Positions 39,558 to 50,390 are shown, counted from the first letter of the stretch. The stretch is 64,000 nucleotides of DNA from Bacillota bacterium (GCA_021811155.1 JAJZPO010000003.1:5697-69696); one strand, 5' to 3'. Notes: generated from the sequence alone by a model not told the origin. A program made the numbers and translations.

Positions 39558-41840
39558 CTACTCGGCCAGGCAGGAAAACTCTTCCGCCAGAACCCATTCA
39601 TGTTGCGTGACTTTGCCGCCCCAGTGAACCTCTACCGTCACCTGCCCCTGAGGCGCCCAGTTCCCTTCCCGGTGAGCGGTCAAAGACAAAGTCTCACCGT
39701 CAAAAGCGCCTCTGACGTGCAGGCGGCGGTATTCTCCGGCGCGGTAAGCATACCCCTCACCGTCGTCCATGTAAAAACTTGCCGTCGTGCTAAAGGGCAC
39801 ATGCGCATAGACTTCCAACGTTTCCACGTTCAGCAAATCCATATTTGTGACTTCTCCTCCACACCCCAGGCCAAGCATCGCCCCTTGCCGCAGGAAGAGC
39901 GGAATTTCCTCCAAAGGCGCTTCCACGCTGATGTGCTGTTCTCCTTGGTAGACCTTCCCGCTGCTCCGCTCCTGCCACACTCCTGCCGGGAGGTAAACAA
40001 GCCTTTCCCTGGCCCCCTTCTGAATGACCGGGGCGACCAGGCAGTCTGGCCCAAACAGAAACTCGTCATTCACCCGCCAAGCCGTTTCGTCCTCAGGAAA
40101 TTCCCAGAGCAGTGGCCGCATGACCGGGCTGCCTGTGCGGGAAGCCTCTTCAAACAGCGTATAGAGAGTGGGCAGCAGGCGGTAACGCAATTCCATTGCC
40201 CGGCGGTAGACCCTTTCAGTCTCTGCGCCGAAAGCCCATGGTTCCTGGGCAATGCTGTCAATTGCGCTGTGGTTGCGGCAAAACGGAGTAAAGGCGCCGA
40301 CCTGCGCCCAGCGGGCCAGCAGTTCCGGTTCGCCGTCTTCGCAGAATCCGCCGATATCCGTCCCTACGAAAGGCACACCTGAAAGCCCGATGTTGAGGCA
40401 CATGGACACCGCCTGGGCCAGGTGCTCCCACCAACTGCTGTTGTCCCCCAGCCAGACCGCCGCATGGCGCTGGATGCCGGCAAACCCGGCACGCGTCAGG
40501 ACGAAGGGACGCTTGTCAGGCGCAAATCTCAGCAGTCCCTCATGTGCCGCCTGGGACATCAGGCTGCCATACCGGTTATGGACTTCCGCATGAGAAAGTT
40601 CGCCGTATTCCCCGTGGCATACATCCGGCGGAAATGTTTTGCCCGGCACATTAAACACCGAAGGCTCATTCATATCATTCCAAACGCCGTCCACACCATG
40701 GGCCAAATGTTTCGCTTGCTGCTCTCCCCACCAGGCGCGCACCCTCGCCCGCGCAAAGTCGGGGAAAAGGGCAGGACCGGGCCAGACTTCGCCCGCAAAA
40801 ACTTCTCCGGTCTCCTTGGTACAAAAGACATCCTTGGCTAAACCGTCGGCGCAGACTTGATAAGCTTCATCCTTTTTTACCCCCGGGTCAACGATGGTCA
40901 CTACATGAAAGCCCAGTTCATGCAGCTCACGGTTCATCGCCTCCGGCTCAGGAAATTCCCGGGGATCCCAGGTGAAGTCACGGTACCCGTCCATATAATG
41001 GATATCCAGGTGCATCACGTCACAGGGTATGTGCTTCTCCCGCATCATGCGCGCGGTTTCCAGCACCTGAGCCTGCGGGTGGTAGCTATACCGGCTCTGG
41101 TGATGCCCGATGGCCCAGAGGGGGGGCAGGGGCATTTTCCCGATCCATTCCGCCCACTGCGTCAGAACCTCGCGTGGATTGGCGCCCAGGAAGACCCACT
41201 GGTCCAGCACCCCCCCGTCAGCCTGGACCAACAGTTCCCCGGGGTTTTCCTTGCCCAGGTCCCATTCCGTCCGGAAGCTGTTGTTGACAAACATTCCCCA
41301 GCGCGCGCTCAGCAGCCAGGGGATAGCTTGGTAGAGGGGATCGGTGCTCGGCAGGTGCGGTACGACATCTGTATTCCACAACACCCAGTGTTTCCCGCGC
41401 TTGTCCAGGGGCCCCATCTTTTCTCCCAGCCCGGTTACCGGTTTTCCGTCCCATTTCCAGGCAGCAGAGACCCGGGTTCCCTGCTGGCGGTAGGCCTTCG
41501 GACCCTCTTGAGTAAGCAGTAAATTCCCCCGGGCATCCACGATTTCCAGAGCGAAGGGGTTTTTCTGAATTCGAAGCCTCAGAAACCGGTTCCGGACTTC
41601 CCAGCCCTTCTCTGTCTCCTGCCACTCCGCTGCGAGCGGCGCACCCTCCTTGAGAAGTACCGGCGGCAAGCCGGTTTCCGCCGCCGCGGCAGGATCAAGC
41701 TGACCGGTCCCGTGGTAACGCAGGCGGAGCAAAGCTTCCCCATAAAGCGCTATTTGCAAAACCTGGGTCCCTGACCGAAGCTCCAACACTCCCGCATCCG
41801 GGCGGCCCGTTTCAACATAGTCCAACTGCAACGTTTCCAT
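39558..41840 (-). CDS. GH31 alpha-glucosidase
   Basis: 760 aa. GVDGVWNDMNEPS (nucleophile motif), WLGDNSSWWEHL. Confidence 0.85.
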   Translation of the reverse strand: METLQLDYVETGRPDAGVLELRSGTQVLQIALYGEALLRLRYHGTGQLDPAAAAETGLPPVLLKEGAPLAAEWQETEKGWEVRNRFLRLRIQKNPFALEIVDARGNLLLTQEGPKAYRQQGTRVSAAWKWDGKPVTGLGEKMGPLDKRGKHWVLWNTDVVPHLPSTDPLYQAIPWLLSARWGMFVNNSFRTEWDLGKENPGELLVQADGGVLDQWVFLGANPREVLTQWAEWIGKMPLPPLWAIGHHQSRYSYHPQAQVLETARMMREKHIPCDVMHLDIHYMDGYRDFTWDPREFPEPEAMNRELHELGFHVVTIVDPGVKKDEAYQVCADGLAKDVFCTKETGEVFAGEVWPGPALFPDFARARVRAWWGEQQAKHLAHGVDGVWNDMNEPSVFNVPGKTFPPDVCHGEYGELSHAEVHNRYGSLMSQAAHEGLLRFAPDKRPFVLTRAGFAGIQRHAAVWLGDNSSWWEHLAQAVSMCLNIGLSGVPFVGTDIGGFCEDGEPELLARWAQVGAFTPFCRNHSAIDSIAQEPWAFGAETERVYRRAMELRYRLLPTLYTLFEEASRTGSPVMRPLLWEFPEDETAWRVNDEFLFGPDCLVAPVIQKGARERLVYLPAGVWQERSSGKVYQGEQHISVEAPLEEIPLFLRQGAMLGLGCGGEVTNMDLLNVETLEVYAHVPFSTTASFYMDDGEGYAYRAGEYRRLHVRGAFDGETLSLTAHREGNWAPQGQVTVEVHWGGKVTQHEWVLAEEFSCLAE

Positions 41841-41939
41841 ATCGCTTTTCCACCTTAAATCTATAAATTAGTGTAAGTGTTCAGGTCAGACCCGTATGCC
41901 CTCCGGTGGCACCGGCAGCGCATGAAAACTCCCCCAAGC

Positions 41940-44006
41940 TCAACCCGGTTTAATGACCCCGACCACATGTCCCCGTTGGACGGAAGCTTCAAGCTGCAGA
42001 TACTCGGCCTGGCTCCAGATGAGAGGGGTTGCGCTTTCCGTCCCGCTGCCGCTCTCCTGCCATATCTGCTCCGCGAGCAATCCGGCCGGATTGGCAAACC
42101 TGACCATGGCCTGCAGCATTGCGCGGGCTCCTGCCTCATTTCCGGCAGCCAGTTCGTACAGTCCCCGCTCTCCGGTGAGCAGCGGCCAAAGACGCCCGGC
42201 GGGGACGCCGTCTTTTCCCCGGTCACCATAGGCATCATGATTGTAGCGGTACCAGGCAGGCCCCAGAGGGGTCTCAACCTTGAGAGCATGGTCAACCACT
42301 TTAAGGGTAGATAAAATGTGAGGGTCGTGCGGTGAGCGGACACCTAACCGGACCAGTTCCAGAAAACCCGGGTCAACAACAGCCCTTGCGTCGTAACTTC
42401 CCGCATTGTTCGCCAGAGTAATTTCGTCCGGCCGGTTCGGCGTCCCACTGCTGCTGATGCGAAGATAATAGCCCGTTCCCAAAGGGCCTGTTGTGGTGTA
42501 AGTCCAGTTCTCCACATTTCTGTCCCACGCATCCGCCACTTCTCTCCAGTGAGCGGCCAGGGCCGGTTGGCCCTGAGCCTGAGCTTGCCGGGCGGCGCTC
42601 CTTAACCCCGCTATCTCGCTCGCAAGAGTCGCGGGAGAATAACCGTGCTGTTCTTCCCAACGCTCCTGTTCGGTATCAGGAGCCGATTGAGCCAGAAAAT
42701 TGGCTGCACGTTCCACCATAGGCCAATATTGGTCCGGCGCCACAAGCTCGGCGAGCAGAATCGCATCAGCCGTTTCATCCTTCTGGGTGGCCATCCAGTA
42801 GGGAGTTCCATCCACCCGGGTATTTTGCCAGAATCCTCCGTCATGGCGCTGTACCTGGGCCAAATACCCCAAAGCTTCCCTGGCTGTCGTCCGGTCCCCC
42901 CAAGCCCACAAAGCTATACCGGCATCATAGAGATCCCTCGGCCAGACCAAATTATAGCCGTGTTCATCGGGCTTATCCCGGCGTTCCAGGCCCCAGGGAA
43001 ATACCGGGCCGGCGATAATCGCTCCAGGAGTTGTCTTATCTTCTGCCGCTTTAATCAGCATCAGGGATGCTTGGGCTTCCGGCGTCAGCTTCAACCCACC
43101 CGGCAGGCTTAACGCAGCAAGATAATCATGCCAGCCGGATGTGTAGCGGGCTTCAAGGCTTGCCTGCGGCTGCTCCAAGGTGGATTGCGCAGCGCTGTCC
43201 GCTTCCCCGCCCGTGCGGCCGAAGGAGAAAATCAGCCGGAAACTCTTGCCGGCAAAAAGAAGGCGCCCCACGACTTCCCCCGGGCCAGCTTTTTGAGTCT
43301 CCCTTCGCAAAGACCAATCCTCTTTGGCAGCAGGGCCGGCCGGGTGCAGCATGGCCGCAAAGCCGCCAATGCTGGCATCGGAACGGACGGACAAGTGCGT
43401 ATTGCGCCCTTGAAAGTCCAGGCCACTGGGACTTGCTTCCCCTTCGTTGCCCAGGCCCGTTCCCCCCAGATGTGGGACAACTTCTAATCCAATCCGGACC
43501 TGCTGTGGAGCGGTGACCTGCACGGACATGACAACGCTGTTATGCTCCGGGTCGGTGAAGACTGTCTTGAGAATCCTCACAGCGTGAGCCTGATTCACTT
43601 CCTCGACCTGATAGAGCAGCGCCAGCGGATCAGGCCGGCTGACCCGGACCTGGAAATCCCGCTCTTCTCTCAAGCTCCAATCCGGGCCCAGAACACTCAG
43701 AGAAGCTTCTTTCAGCTGGGGCGTATCAAGCGTCGGATAAAAGCATTCACTAAGCACACCGTGCGTCAGCGTAAACCAGGTGCGTGAGGAATCGGGCTGC
43801 TTATAATCGTAGGTATAAGCGGTGCCAAAGCCGTCCTTTTGCCCGGACATCCAGGAATCGCTCAGCTCGTGTGCCGGAGGCCCAGCCTGCTTAGCGGCTG
43901 AGCCCTGCAGAGTCTGCACTAACGGCAGGTCAAGCAGGTAGAGCATGATTAAGCTGATCAGAACAAACGCCCACCCTTTTGCCGGGCGCCATTTGCGGTT
44001 TTGCAT
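41940..44006 (-). CDS. GH15 glucoamylase/glucodextranase-like protein with N-terminal signal anchor
   Basis: 688 aa. N-terminal hydrophobic segment WAFVLISLIMLYLL. ERWEEQHGYSPATLASEIAGL is a typical GH15 catalytic region. Confidence 0.75.
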   Translation of the reverse strand: MQNRKWRPAKGWAFVLISLIMLYLLDLPLVQTLQGSAAKQAGPPAHELSDSWMSGQKDGFGTAYTYDYKQPDSSRTWFTLTHGVLSECFYPTLDTPQLKEASLSVLGPDWSLREERDFQVRVSRPDPLALLYQVEEVNQAHAVRILKTVFTDPEHNSVVMSVQVTAPQQVRIGLEVVPHLGGTGLGNEGEASPSGLDFQGRNTHLSVRSDASIGGFAAMLHPAGPAAKEDWSLRRETQKAGPGEVVGRLLFAGKSFRLIFSFGRTGGEADSAAQSTLEQPQASLEARYTSGWHDYLAALSLPGGLKLTPEAQASLMLIKAAEDKTTPGAIIAGPVFPWGLERRDKPDEHGYNLVWPRDLYDAGIALWAWGDRTTAREALGYLAQVQRHDGGFWQNTRVDGTPYWMATQKDETADAILLAELVAPDQYWPMVERAANFLAQSAPDTEQERWEEQHGYSPATLASEIAGLRSAARQAQAQGQPALAAHWREVADAWDRNVENWTYTTTGPLGTGYYLRISSSGTPNRPDEITLANNAGSYDARAVVDPGFLELVRLGVRSPHDPHILSTLKVVDHALKVETPLGPAWYRYNHDAYGDRGKDGVPAGRLWPLLTGERGLYELAAGNEAGARAMLQAMVRFANPAGLLAEQIWQESGSGTESATPLIWSQAEYLQLEASVQRGHVVGVIKPG

Positions 44007-44046
44007 GATTCCGTTCCCCTTCTCCTCTCACGCGCTTGTCCTGGCG

Positions 44047-44895
44047 CTACTTGACAGCGCCGCGGGTCAGGCCGGATTCAACATAGCGCTGCAGCGCCAT
44101 GAACACAATCATCACCGGCAGTGAGGCCAAAACAGCGGCTGCCGAATACTCTGTCCAGTTGGTCGAAAACTGGTTGTTGATAAAGTTCCGCAGCCCGAGC
44201 GGAACAGTATATTTCAACGGATCATGAATCGCCGCACTAGTCAACATGAATTCGCTGTAGACTCCGATAAAAGTAAACAGGAAAATGACCACAAGCATGG
44301 GGCGGGCAAGAGGCAGGATGATTTTGGTAAAGACAGTCCAATGATTCCCCCCGTCCACAAATACCGCCTCGTCCAACTCCTTGGGCAGTCCGTCAATAAA
44401 GCCTTTCAGCAGCCAGATGTTGAAAGCGTTAGCTCCTGAAAGGACCAAAATAAGCCCCCACAGGGAGTCGGTAAGATTCAATCTGATCAAAATGGTTAAG
44501 ACTGCGGCAATCGCCATGAAGTTGGGAAACATCTGCAGGATGAGCAGAGTCATCAGACCGTACTTCCTGCCGCGAAACCTCAGCCTGCTGTAGGCATAGG
44601 CAGCCAGAACCGCCATAAAGGTCTGGATCACGGATACGGTAAAACACACTTTCATGCTGTTAATCACCCACAGCCCGAAGGGGTTAGTGGGATCATGGAA
44701 CAAATTGTAGTAATTCTCAGTGGTAAAGCGGCTGGGTATCAGGTTTAAGGAATTAAAGGCGTTGCCTTGTTGGAAGGAAGAGAGAAGCACCCAAACTAAA
44801 GGGAAAATCATGCCGATGAGGAATACCCAGATAATTACCCGGCTGAGCCAAAGGGTGGTGCGTTCCTGGCTTGTCAAATGCTTTTTCTCCCTCAT
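44047..44895 (-). CDS. sugar ABC transporter permease (MalG-like)
   Basis: 282 aa, six TM segments. EAA-type loop ...LDEAVFVDGGNHWTVFTKIILPLARP. Confidence 0.85.
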   Translation of the reverse strand: MREKKHLTSQERTTLWLSRVIIWVFLIGMIFPLVWVLLSSFQQGNAFNSLNLIPSRFTTENYYNLFHDPTNPFGLWVINSMKVCFTVSVIQTFMAVLAAYAYSRLRFRGRKYGLMTLLILQMFPNFMAIAAVLTILIRLNLTDSLWGLILVLSGANAFNIWLLKGFIDGLPKELDEAVFVDGGNHWTVFTKIILPLARPMLVVIFLFTFIGVYSEFMLTSAAIHDPLKYTVPLGLRNFINNQFSTNWTEYSAAAVLASLPVMIVFMALQRYVESGLTRGAVK

Positions 44896-44897
44896 CT

Positions 44898-45854
44898 TCA
44901 GTCCACCTCCTCGAACGCATGGGTTGCCTTCATATTCACTGCCGTGATAACCGCGACAATGGCAAAGATCACCAAGCTGAAGGCCGACGCCAGGTCGTAG
45001 CGGTTAAAGGTGAGAGTCATTTTATAAGCGGCAGAAATCAAAATATCGCTCTTGCCGACAAAGGCGTTGGTCATGCTCGGCGGCCCGCCGCCCGTCAACA
45101 GGTAGACCATGCCGAAGTTGTTGAAGTTATAGCCAAAGGTGGAAATCAAGAGAGGGAGAGTGGCTCCGGTAAGCAGGGGGAGTGTAATCCACCTCATCTT
45201 CTGCCACCAGCCGGCCCCATCCAAGTCAGCGGATTCATACAGGTCCTCGGGAATTGAACTCAAGGCCCCCAGAGCTGCGTTCATCATGAAGGGATACCCC
45301 AGCCAGAGATTGACCCCGATCATGGAAACCTTGGCCCAAAGTGGGTCGTTCAGCCACGGGATTGGCTGCAGGCCGAACAAATGCAGCACCGCGTTCATTG
45401 CTCCGGCGCTTTGATTCAAGACCCCTGACCAGCTCAAAACAGCTATTGTGCCTGGAACGGCCCAGGGAATGATGAGCAGCGCCCTATAAACGTAACTTTC
45501 TCTCATATTCTTGTTATTTAACAACGTCGCCAAAAACAAGCCCAGAGCGTAGACTAAGACAGTGGACAAGGCAGCAAACATAAATGTCCATGCCAGGAGC
45601 GGAAAGAAAGCGCCGGCAAACGGACCGGCTAATATCAGGCGGAAGTTCTGCAACCCGACCCATTTGGCATCATTCAGATGATTCAAACTGAAATTGGTAA
45701 AAGCAATGATAACCGTGGCCACGATCGGGATAAAGCTCAACACTATCAGCGAGAGCCAGGCAGGGGTAAGGTAGGCGTAAGGATAGAGGCGGGGACGCGC
45801 GAGCCGGCTCTTTTCGTCCTTTTTCCGTTTCTCCTGTTCCCGTCTTGTCGTCAT
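44898..45854 (-). CDS. sugar ABC transporter permease (MalF-like)
   Basis: 318 aa. EAA loop LYESADLDGAGWWQKMRWITLPLL. Confidence 0.85.
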   Translation of the reverse strand: MTTRREQEKRKKDEKSRLARPRLYPYAYLTPAWLSLIVLSFIPIVATVIIAFTNFSLNHLNDAKWVGLQNFRLILAGPFAGAFFPLLAWTFMFAALSTVLVYALGLFLATLLNNKNMRESYVYRALLIIPWAVPGTIAVLSWSGVLNQSAGAMNAVLHLFGLQPIPWLNDPLWAKVSMIGVNLWLGYPFMMNAALGALSSIPEDLYESADLDGAGWWQKMRWITLPLLTGATLPLLISTFGYNFNNFGMVYLLTGGGPPSMTNAFVGKSDILISAAYKMTLTFNRYDLASAFSLVIFAIVAVITAVNMKATHAFEEVD

Positions 45855-45962
45855 GTTACTTTCTCCTTTGCTGAGGGAAGAGACTCGCAGACTGCTCAGA
45901 GTCCACGAGTCATTTATCCGCTTCCAAGACTCCCACTTCTATAAGCGGGAGTTCCATGCTCT

Positions 45963-46018
45963 GCTTCGGTGGGGGTAGAGTCCCCCACCGAAGTCCCGAT
46001 GTTCAGCTTTAGCTGAAC
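45963..46018 (-). promoter_or_regulatory. two stable stem-loops in the binding-protein/permease spacer
   Basis: CTTCGGTGGGGG (45963-45974) pairs with CCCCCACCGAAG (45982-45993). GTTCAGC pairs with GCTGAAC at 46001-46018. Neither hairpin is followed by a U tract on the minus strand. Confidence 0.5.
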
Positions 46019-46022
46019 GGGT

Positions 46023-47264
46023 TTACTGTTGTAAGGCAATACCGCTCTTGATCTTGGCAACCATAGCATCCAGAACTGTCTTGACGTCTTTCCCTTGAGT
46101 CAGGAGTTTCAGATTGTCACCAGCCGGTCCCCATACCGCGGCCATGGCTGTAATGTTGGGCATGGGTACCCCCTGATTGGCCTGAGTCATGAAGGCCTTG
46201 ATAACCGGGTCATTCTGCACTGCCGGATCGTTTTGATAACTCTTCACAACCGGGATACGGTTGCCGACCTTAAACAGAGTCTCAGGAGACTTTTGCAGCA
46301 TATATTTAACCAAATCCCAGGCTGTGTCGACGTTCGCGGATTTCGCGCTGACGAAAGCAGTGTAAACGCCTACAAAGGGAACAGAAGCCTTGCCATCCGG
46401 CAGCGCCGGCAGATTGGTAATCGCAAAGGGAGTGTTGGCTTTTTTCAGCCCGGCAACATCCCACGGGCCGCTGATGTAAAAACCGGTTTTGCCGTTCTGG
46501 AAGGCGGCCAGAGCGTTGTTGCCGCTGATGTCAGCAGGCATGAAGTGGTATTTGGTCACGAAGTCCTGAACCAATTGGGCCCCTTTGACTGCCCCCTCAT
46601 TGTTCATGCCGATATCATTCGGGTCCAGGGCGCCGTTGGCAGCCTTGAACACATAGCCGCCCTCTCCGGTCAAGAAAGCATTGGTGAAATAGAAATTGTT
46701 GATATCATACTGGAAGCCTACTTTTTGCGCCTGGGCGATGAAATCATCCCAAGTCGTGGGTGGAGTGGGAACTTTCTGCGTATTGTAGAACAAAGCGTAG
46801 GTTTCCATGCTCAGGGGAACAGCATATTTTTTGCCGTCATAGCTAACCGCCTGAATGGCCAGCGGCACATAGTCCGAGTCTTTCATGACAGAGCCGGGAA
46901 CGGGAACCAACAGTCCGGCTTTCTGGAATGTCCCCAGATTGTCATGCGGTAAACCAAACATGATATCCGGTCCCTTGCCATTTTGCGCAGCCGTGGCAAA
47001 GGCTTGGAAGTCGCTGTTGTCTGCAACAAAATTGACTGTGTTGTTAGTTTTCTTTGCCCATTCCTCCGCAATAGGTTTAAGGGCCGCAACCTCAGTTGGC
47101 GTAAAATGTGACCATACGTTAATGGTCACCCCGCTTTTGACGGTGGGAGCCGCAGGGGTAGTCGGAGCCGGAGTAGTGGTTCCGCATCCTACCAGGCTCA
47201 CCGCCAGGACCAGTACGAGCGCAATGGCCAGAATTCCTTTGGACCGCTTTCTAATCATTGTCAT
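46023..47264 (-). CDS. maltodextrin/oligosaccharide-binding lipoprotein (family 1 SBP)
   Basis: 413 aa. Lipobox LVGCG after a signal peptide. MalE-like size, and its position is upstream of the two permease genes. Confidence 0.85.
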   Translation of the reverse strand: MTMIRKRSKGILAIALVLVLAVSLVGCGTTTPAPTTPAAPTVKSGVTINVWSHFTPTEVAALKPIAEEWAKKTNNTVNFVADNSDFQAFATAAQNGKGPDIMFGLPHDNLGTFQKAGLLVPVPGSVMKDSDYVPLAIQAVSYDGKKYAVPLSMETYALFYNTQKVPTPPTTWDDFIAQAQKVGFQYDINNFYFTNAFLTGEGGYVFKAANGALDPNDIGMNNEGAVKGAQLVQDFVTKYHFMPADISGNNALAAFQNGKTGFYISGPWDVAGLKKANTPFAITNLPALPDGKASVPFVGVYTAFVSAKSANVDTAWDLVKYMLQKSPETLFKVGNRIPVVKSYQNDPAVQNDPVIKAFMTQANQGVPMPNITAMAAVWGPAGDNLKLLTQGKDVKTVLDAMVAKIKSGIALQQ

Positions 47265-47304
47265 CTTTCTCCCTTCACTTTTCAGATTTACCCAAATCCT
47301 TTCC

Positions 47305-49125
47305 CTAAACGAGTTCAGTTTTCAATTTCGGCGCGGATCCACCTCCCCTCATCCCGCCTGAATCCGGTGACTCGCGGCTCAAGATGGCGAACCCATAGGC
47401 CGGGAGCTCAATTACCAGACGATCACTCTCCCAATGGCTTGTGGCGTTTCCAGGCGTTGACTCGATACTCCGCCAAATATCTGCGGCGTTTTCCATTTTT
47501 ACAGATACTGTGCCAGCAGTTGCGGCTCTGTTCATCGCCACCAGCAAAGTCTCTTCCCCGTGCCGGCGCCGGTAGACCAGTTGGGAGCCTCCGCCCTCGG
47601 CCAGCAGGAATTTCAGTGTCCCCTGGCGCAGAGCCGGATGCCTCTTCCTCAGCCTGATCAGGCGCCGGTAAAAGCTTAGCAGTTCCTGCTCTTGTTGCTC
47701 AGGGTCCCACTCCATCGTTCCCCGGCAATCCGGGTCATCCCCTCCGGTAAGGCCGATTTCATCGCCGTAATACACACAAGGCGCTCCCGGGAATGTCAGT
47801 TGGAAGGCCGCGGCCAGCCTCATTTTGCGTTGGTCTCCGCCGCACTGCTGAAGCAGCCGTGCCGTATCATGACTGTCAAGCAGATTGAACATCACTTCGC
47901 TTACCTGCTGCGGGTAAGAGAACATGTTTCGTACAATGTGTTGAGAGAACCGGGCGGCGTCAAGGCTTTCCCGCGCAAAAAACTCCAGAACAGCATCGGT
48001 AAACGGATAATTCATCACCGCATCGAACTGGTCTCCCTGCAGCCATGGCATGGCATCGTGCCAGATCTCGCCAAGGATATAGGCATCCGGCTTTATCCTC
48101 CTGACTTCACGGCGAAAATCCCGCCAAAACTCATGGTCCACTTCATTGGCCACATCCAGACGCCAGCCATCGATGCCTGCTTCTTCGATCCAGTAACGCG
48201 CAACCCGCAGCAGGTACTCTTTGACTTCGGGATTGGCCGTATTGAGTTTTGGCATTTCGGGCACAAACCCAAATGCAGCGTATGAAAGCGGATCCGTTGT
48301 CACCGGCAAAGAGTGAATGTGAAACCAATCGAAGTACGGCGACTCCTTGCCCCGCTGCAAGACGTCCTGAAAAGGCCTGAAGTAGAAGCTGCAGTGGTTA
48401 AACACCGCATCCAGCATTACGCGGATCCCGCGCTCGTGACAACTATCGACCAACCGCTTCAGGGTGTCCAAATCCCCGAAGTGGGGGTCAACCCGCAAAT
48501 AATCCACAGTGTCATATTTGTGATTTGAAGGAGCTTCGAAAATGGGCGTAAAGTAAATTGCATTTATGCCTAATGCCGCAAGATAGTCCAGATGGTCAAT
48601 CACTCCCTGCAGATCGCCCCCGAAAAAGTGGTTCCATGCCGGTTTGCTTCCCCAGGGCTGCAGCTCCTCCGGATCATTCCCAGTATCTCCGTTGGCAAAC
48701 CGTTCAGGGAAAATCTGATAGAAAACAGCGTCTCTTGCCCAATCCGGAGTAATCAGAGTGTCAACAGTGTGGAGAAACGGGAAGTCAAAAAAGTGGAGCG
48801 GCCGCTCTTTCGGAGGTGGTTGGTCCGAAAACCCCCACTCGGTGTACCAGAACTTCTCATCCCCTTTTTCCAGCAAAAAAGCGTAGCATAAGCGGCGGTG
48901 CGGGGGCTCTATTTCACACTGCCAATAGTCAAACAAATCATCACTGCCGAAAAGGGTCATTGCGACCAGCTGCCGGCTGTTACTCCAGTCGTACTTGTCC
49001 CCAAAGAGCGCGGAGCAGCGCTCCAGGTCTCCCTTCTTGCTCCGCAAGCGGAGATGAATTGTACTGGAATCATACGCATAGGCGAAATTAGCCTTAGGAC
49101 GGTGGTATACAGCCTCCAGGTTCAA
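47305..49125 (-). CDS. GH13 neopullulanase/cyclomaltodextrinase-type alpha-amylase
   Basis: 606 aa with all four GH13 conserved regions: DAVFNH, GWRLDVANE, EIWH, LLDSHD. No signal peptide. Confidence 0.9.
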   Translation of the reverse strand: MNLEAVYHRPKANFAYAYDSSTIHLRLRSKKGDLERCSALFGDKYDWSNSRQLVAMTLFGSDDLFDYWQCEIEPPHRRLCYAFLLEKGDEKFWYTEWGFSDQPPPKERPLHFFDFPFLHTVDTLITPDWARDAVFYQIFPERFANGDTGNDPEELQPWGSKPAWNHFFGGDLQGVIDHLDYLAALGINAIYFTPIFEAPSNHKYDTVDYLRVDPHFGDLDTLKRLVDSCHERGIRVMLDAVFNHCSFYFRPFQDVLQRGKESPYFDWFHIHSLPVTTDPLSYAAFGFVPEMPKLNTANPEVKEYLLRVARYWIEEAGIDGWRLDVANEVDHEFWRDFRREVRRIKPDAYILGEIWHDAMPWLQGDQFDAVMNYPFTDAVLEFFARESLDAARFSQHIVRNMFSYPQQVSEVMFNLLDSHDTARLLQQCGGDQRKMRLAAAFQLTFPGAPCVYYGDEIGLTGGDDPDCRGTMEWDPEQQEQELLSFYRRLIRLRKRHPALRQGTLKFLLAEGGGSQLVYRRRHGEETLLVAMNRAATAGTVSVKMENAADIWRSIESTPGNATSHWESDRLVIELPAYGFAILSRESPDSGGMRGGGSAPKLKTELV

Positions 49126-49346
49126 CCTCTATTCCCCTTTCCTTTTGCCTTTGCATTCAATGCTCTTGGTTAGATTGAACATTTACGGATCTTTTTAATC
49201 AACTGGGCATAAAAGCTCATGCAACCGGTTGCAGAAATAAAGATAAAAAAATGCATTCTTGATGCAACCGTTTGCATTAATATTTCGTTATCTTTTTCAG
49301 AATTCCTTCTTATATAAAGTATTTTCAGGGCAGAATTCAGTGATCC

Positions 49347-50390
49347 TCATGCTTCGTCATCCTGGCTTCTGGCTTCTGACATGGAACTACGTTGAACCAA
49401 GCTTGCATCCACACAATAATGGTTCGATGTGGCTTGACGCTGCTCCAATTGAGCTAGAAGCAGCTGAGCCGCCTGGATCCCTAGTTCGTGGGCCTGAACC
49501 TCGACCGAAGACAGAGGGGGAACCATGTAGGAAGCCATGGGTGAATTGTTAAAACTCACAATCGATAATTCCCGCGGCAGCTCCAAATGGCGCTCCCGGG
49601 CAGCCCTTATGGCGCCAAAAGCCATGATGTCATCCGTTATTACCAACGCTGTCAAAGCAGGGCACCGGTCAAGCAGTTCTCCTGTTGCCTGGTACCCTCC
49701 CTCTTCCAAAAAATCCACGGCCCGCACCAGCGCCGGGTCCCACGCAATACCGTTTTCCGTCAGCGCACTCCTGTACCCTTCCTGCCTGTCCAATGAGACC
49801 ACAAAATCCAGCGAACCCGAAATAAAACCTATCACCCGGTGACCCAGCCGGATTAACTCATTAGTTACCTGCCGGCTTGCTGCAACATTGTCATTGTCCA
49901 CCCATGCTACAGGCAGGTCCCCGAGGGGACGCCCGATGACAACCTGCGGTACACCCAATTCCCATAATTCTTTGACCAAGTGTTGGTCGGAACGGGAATA
50001 AAGGAAAATTACCCCGTCTACCCGGCGTCCCTTGACCACCCGCATGGTTTCCAGATACTCATCCTCGGCTGTAACCGGGGTGAGCAGAAGCATGTCATAG
50101 CGCTGTTCACTGGTTATACTACCGATGCCGCGGATGACCTCCGGGAAAAAGGGATTTTGAAAGGCCAATTCTGCCGAACGGGGCATGACAATCGCGATGG
50201 TCCGAGTCTCAGCATTGGCCAGACTGCGCGCCATGGCATTGGGGAAATAGCCCAATTCCTCCATCGCCTGCCGCACCACCAGCTGCGTCTCCTCGCTAAT
50301 CAACGGACTGTTGGCAATCACCCGTGATACGGTCGATGGAGAGACACCGGCTCGCTTCGCGACATCTCGAATTGTTACAGTGTGTTTCAT
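49347..50390 (-). CDS. LacI-family transcriptional regulator
   Basis: ATG at 50390 after GAGAGGT. MKHTVTIRDVAKRAGVSPSTVSRVI is the LacI HTH. Confidence 0.9.
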   Translation of the reverse strand: MKHTVTIRDVAKRAGVSPSTVSRVIANSPLISEETQLVVRQAMEELGYFPNAMARSLANAETRTIAIVMPRSAELAFQNPFFPEVIRGIGSITSEQRYDMLLLTPVTAEDEYLETMRVVKGRRVDGVIFLYSRSDQHLVKELWELGVPQVVIGRPLGDLPVAWVDNDNVAASRQVTNELIRLGHRVIGFISGSLDFVVSLDRQEGYRSALTENGIAWDPALVRAVDFLEEGGYQATGELLDRCPALTALVITDDIMAFGAIRAARERHLELPRELSIVSFNNSPMASYMVPPLSSVEVQAHELGIQAAQLLLAQLEQRQATSNHYCVDASLVQRSSMSEARSQDDEA

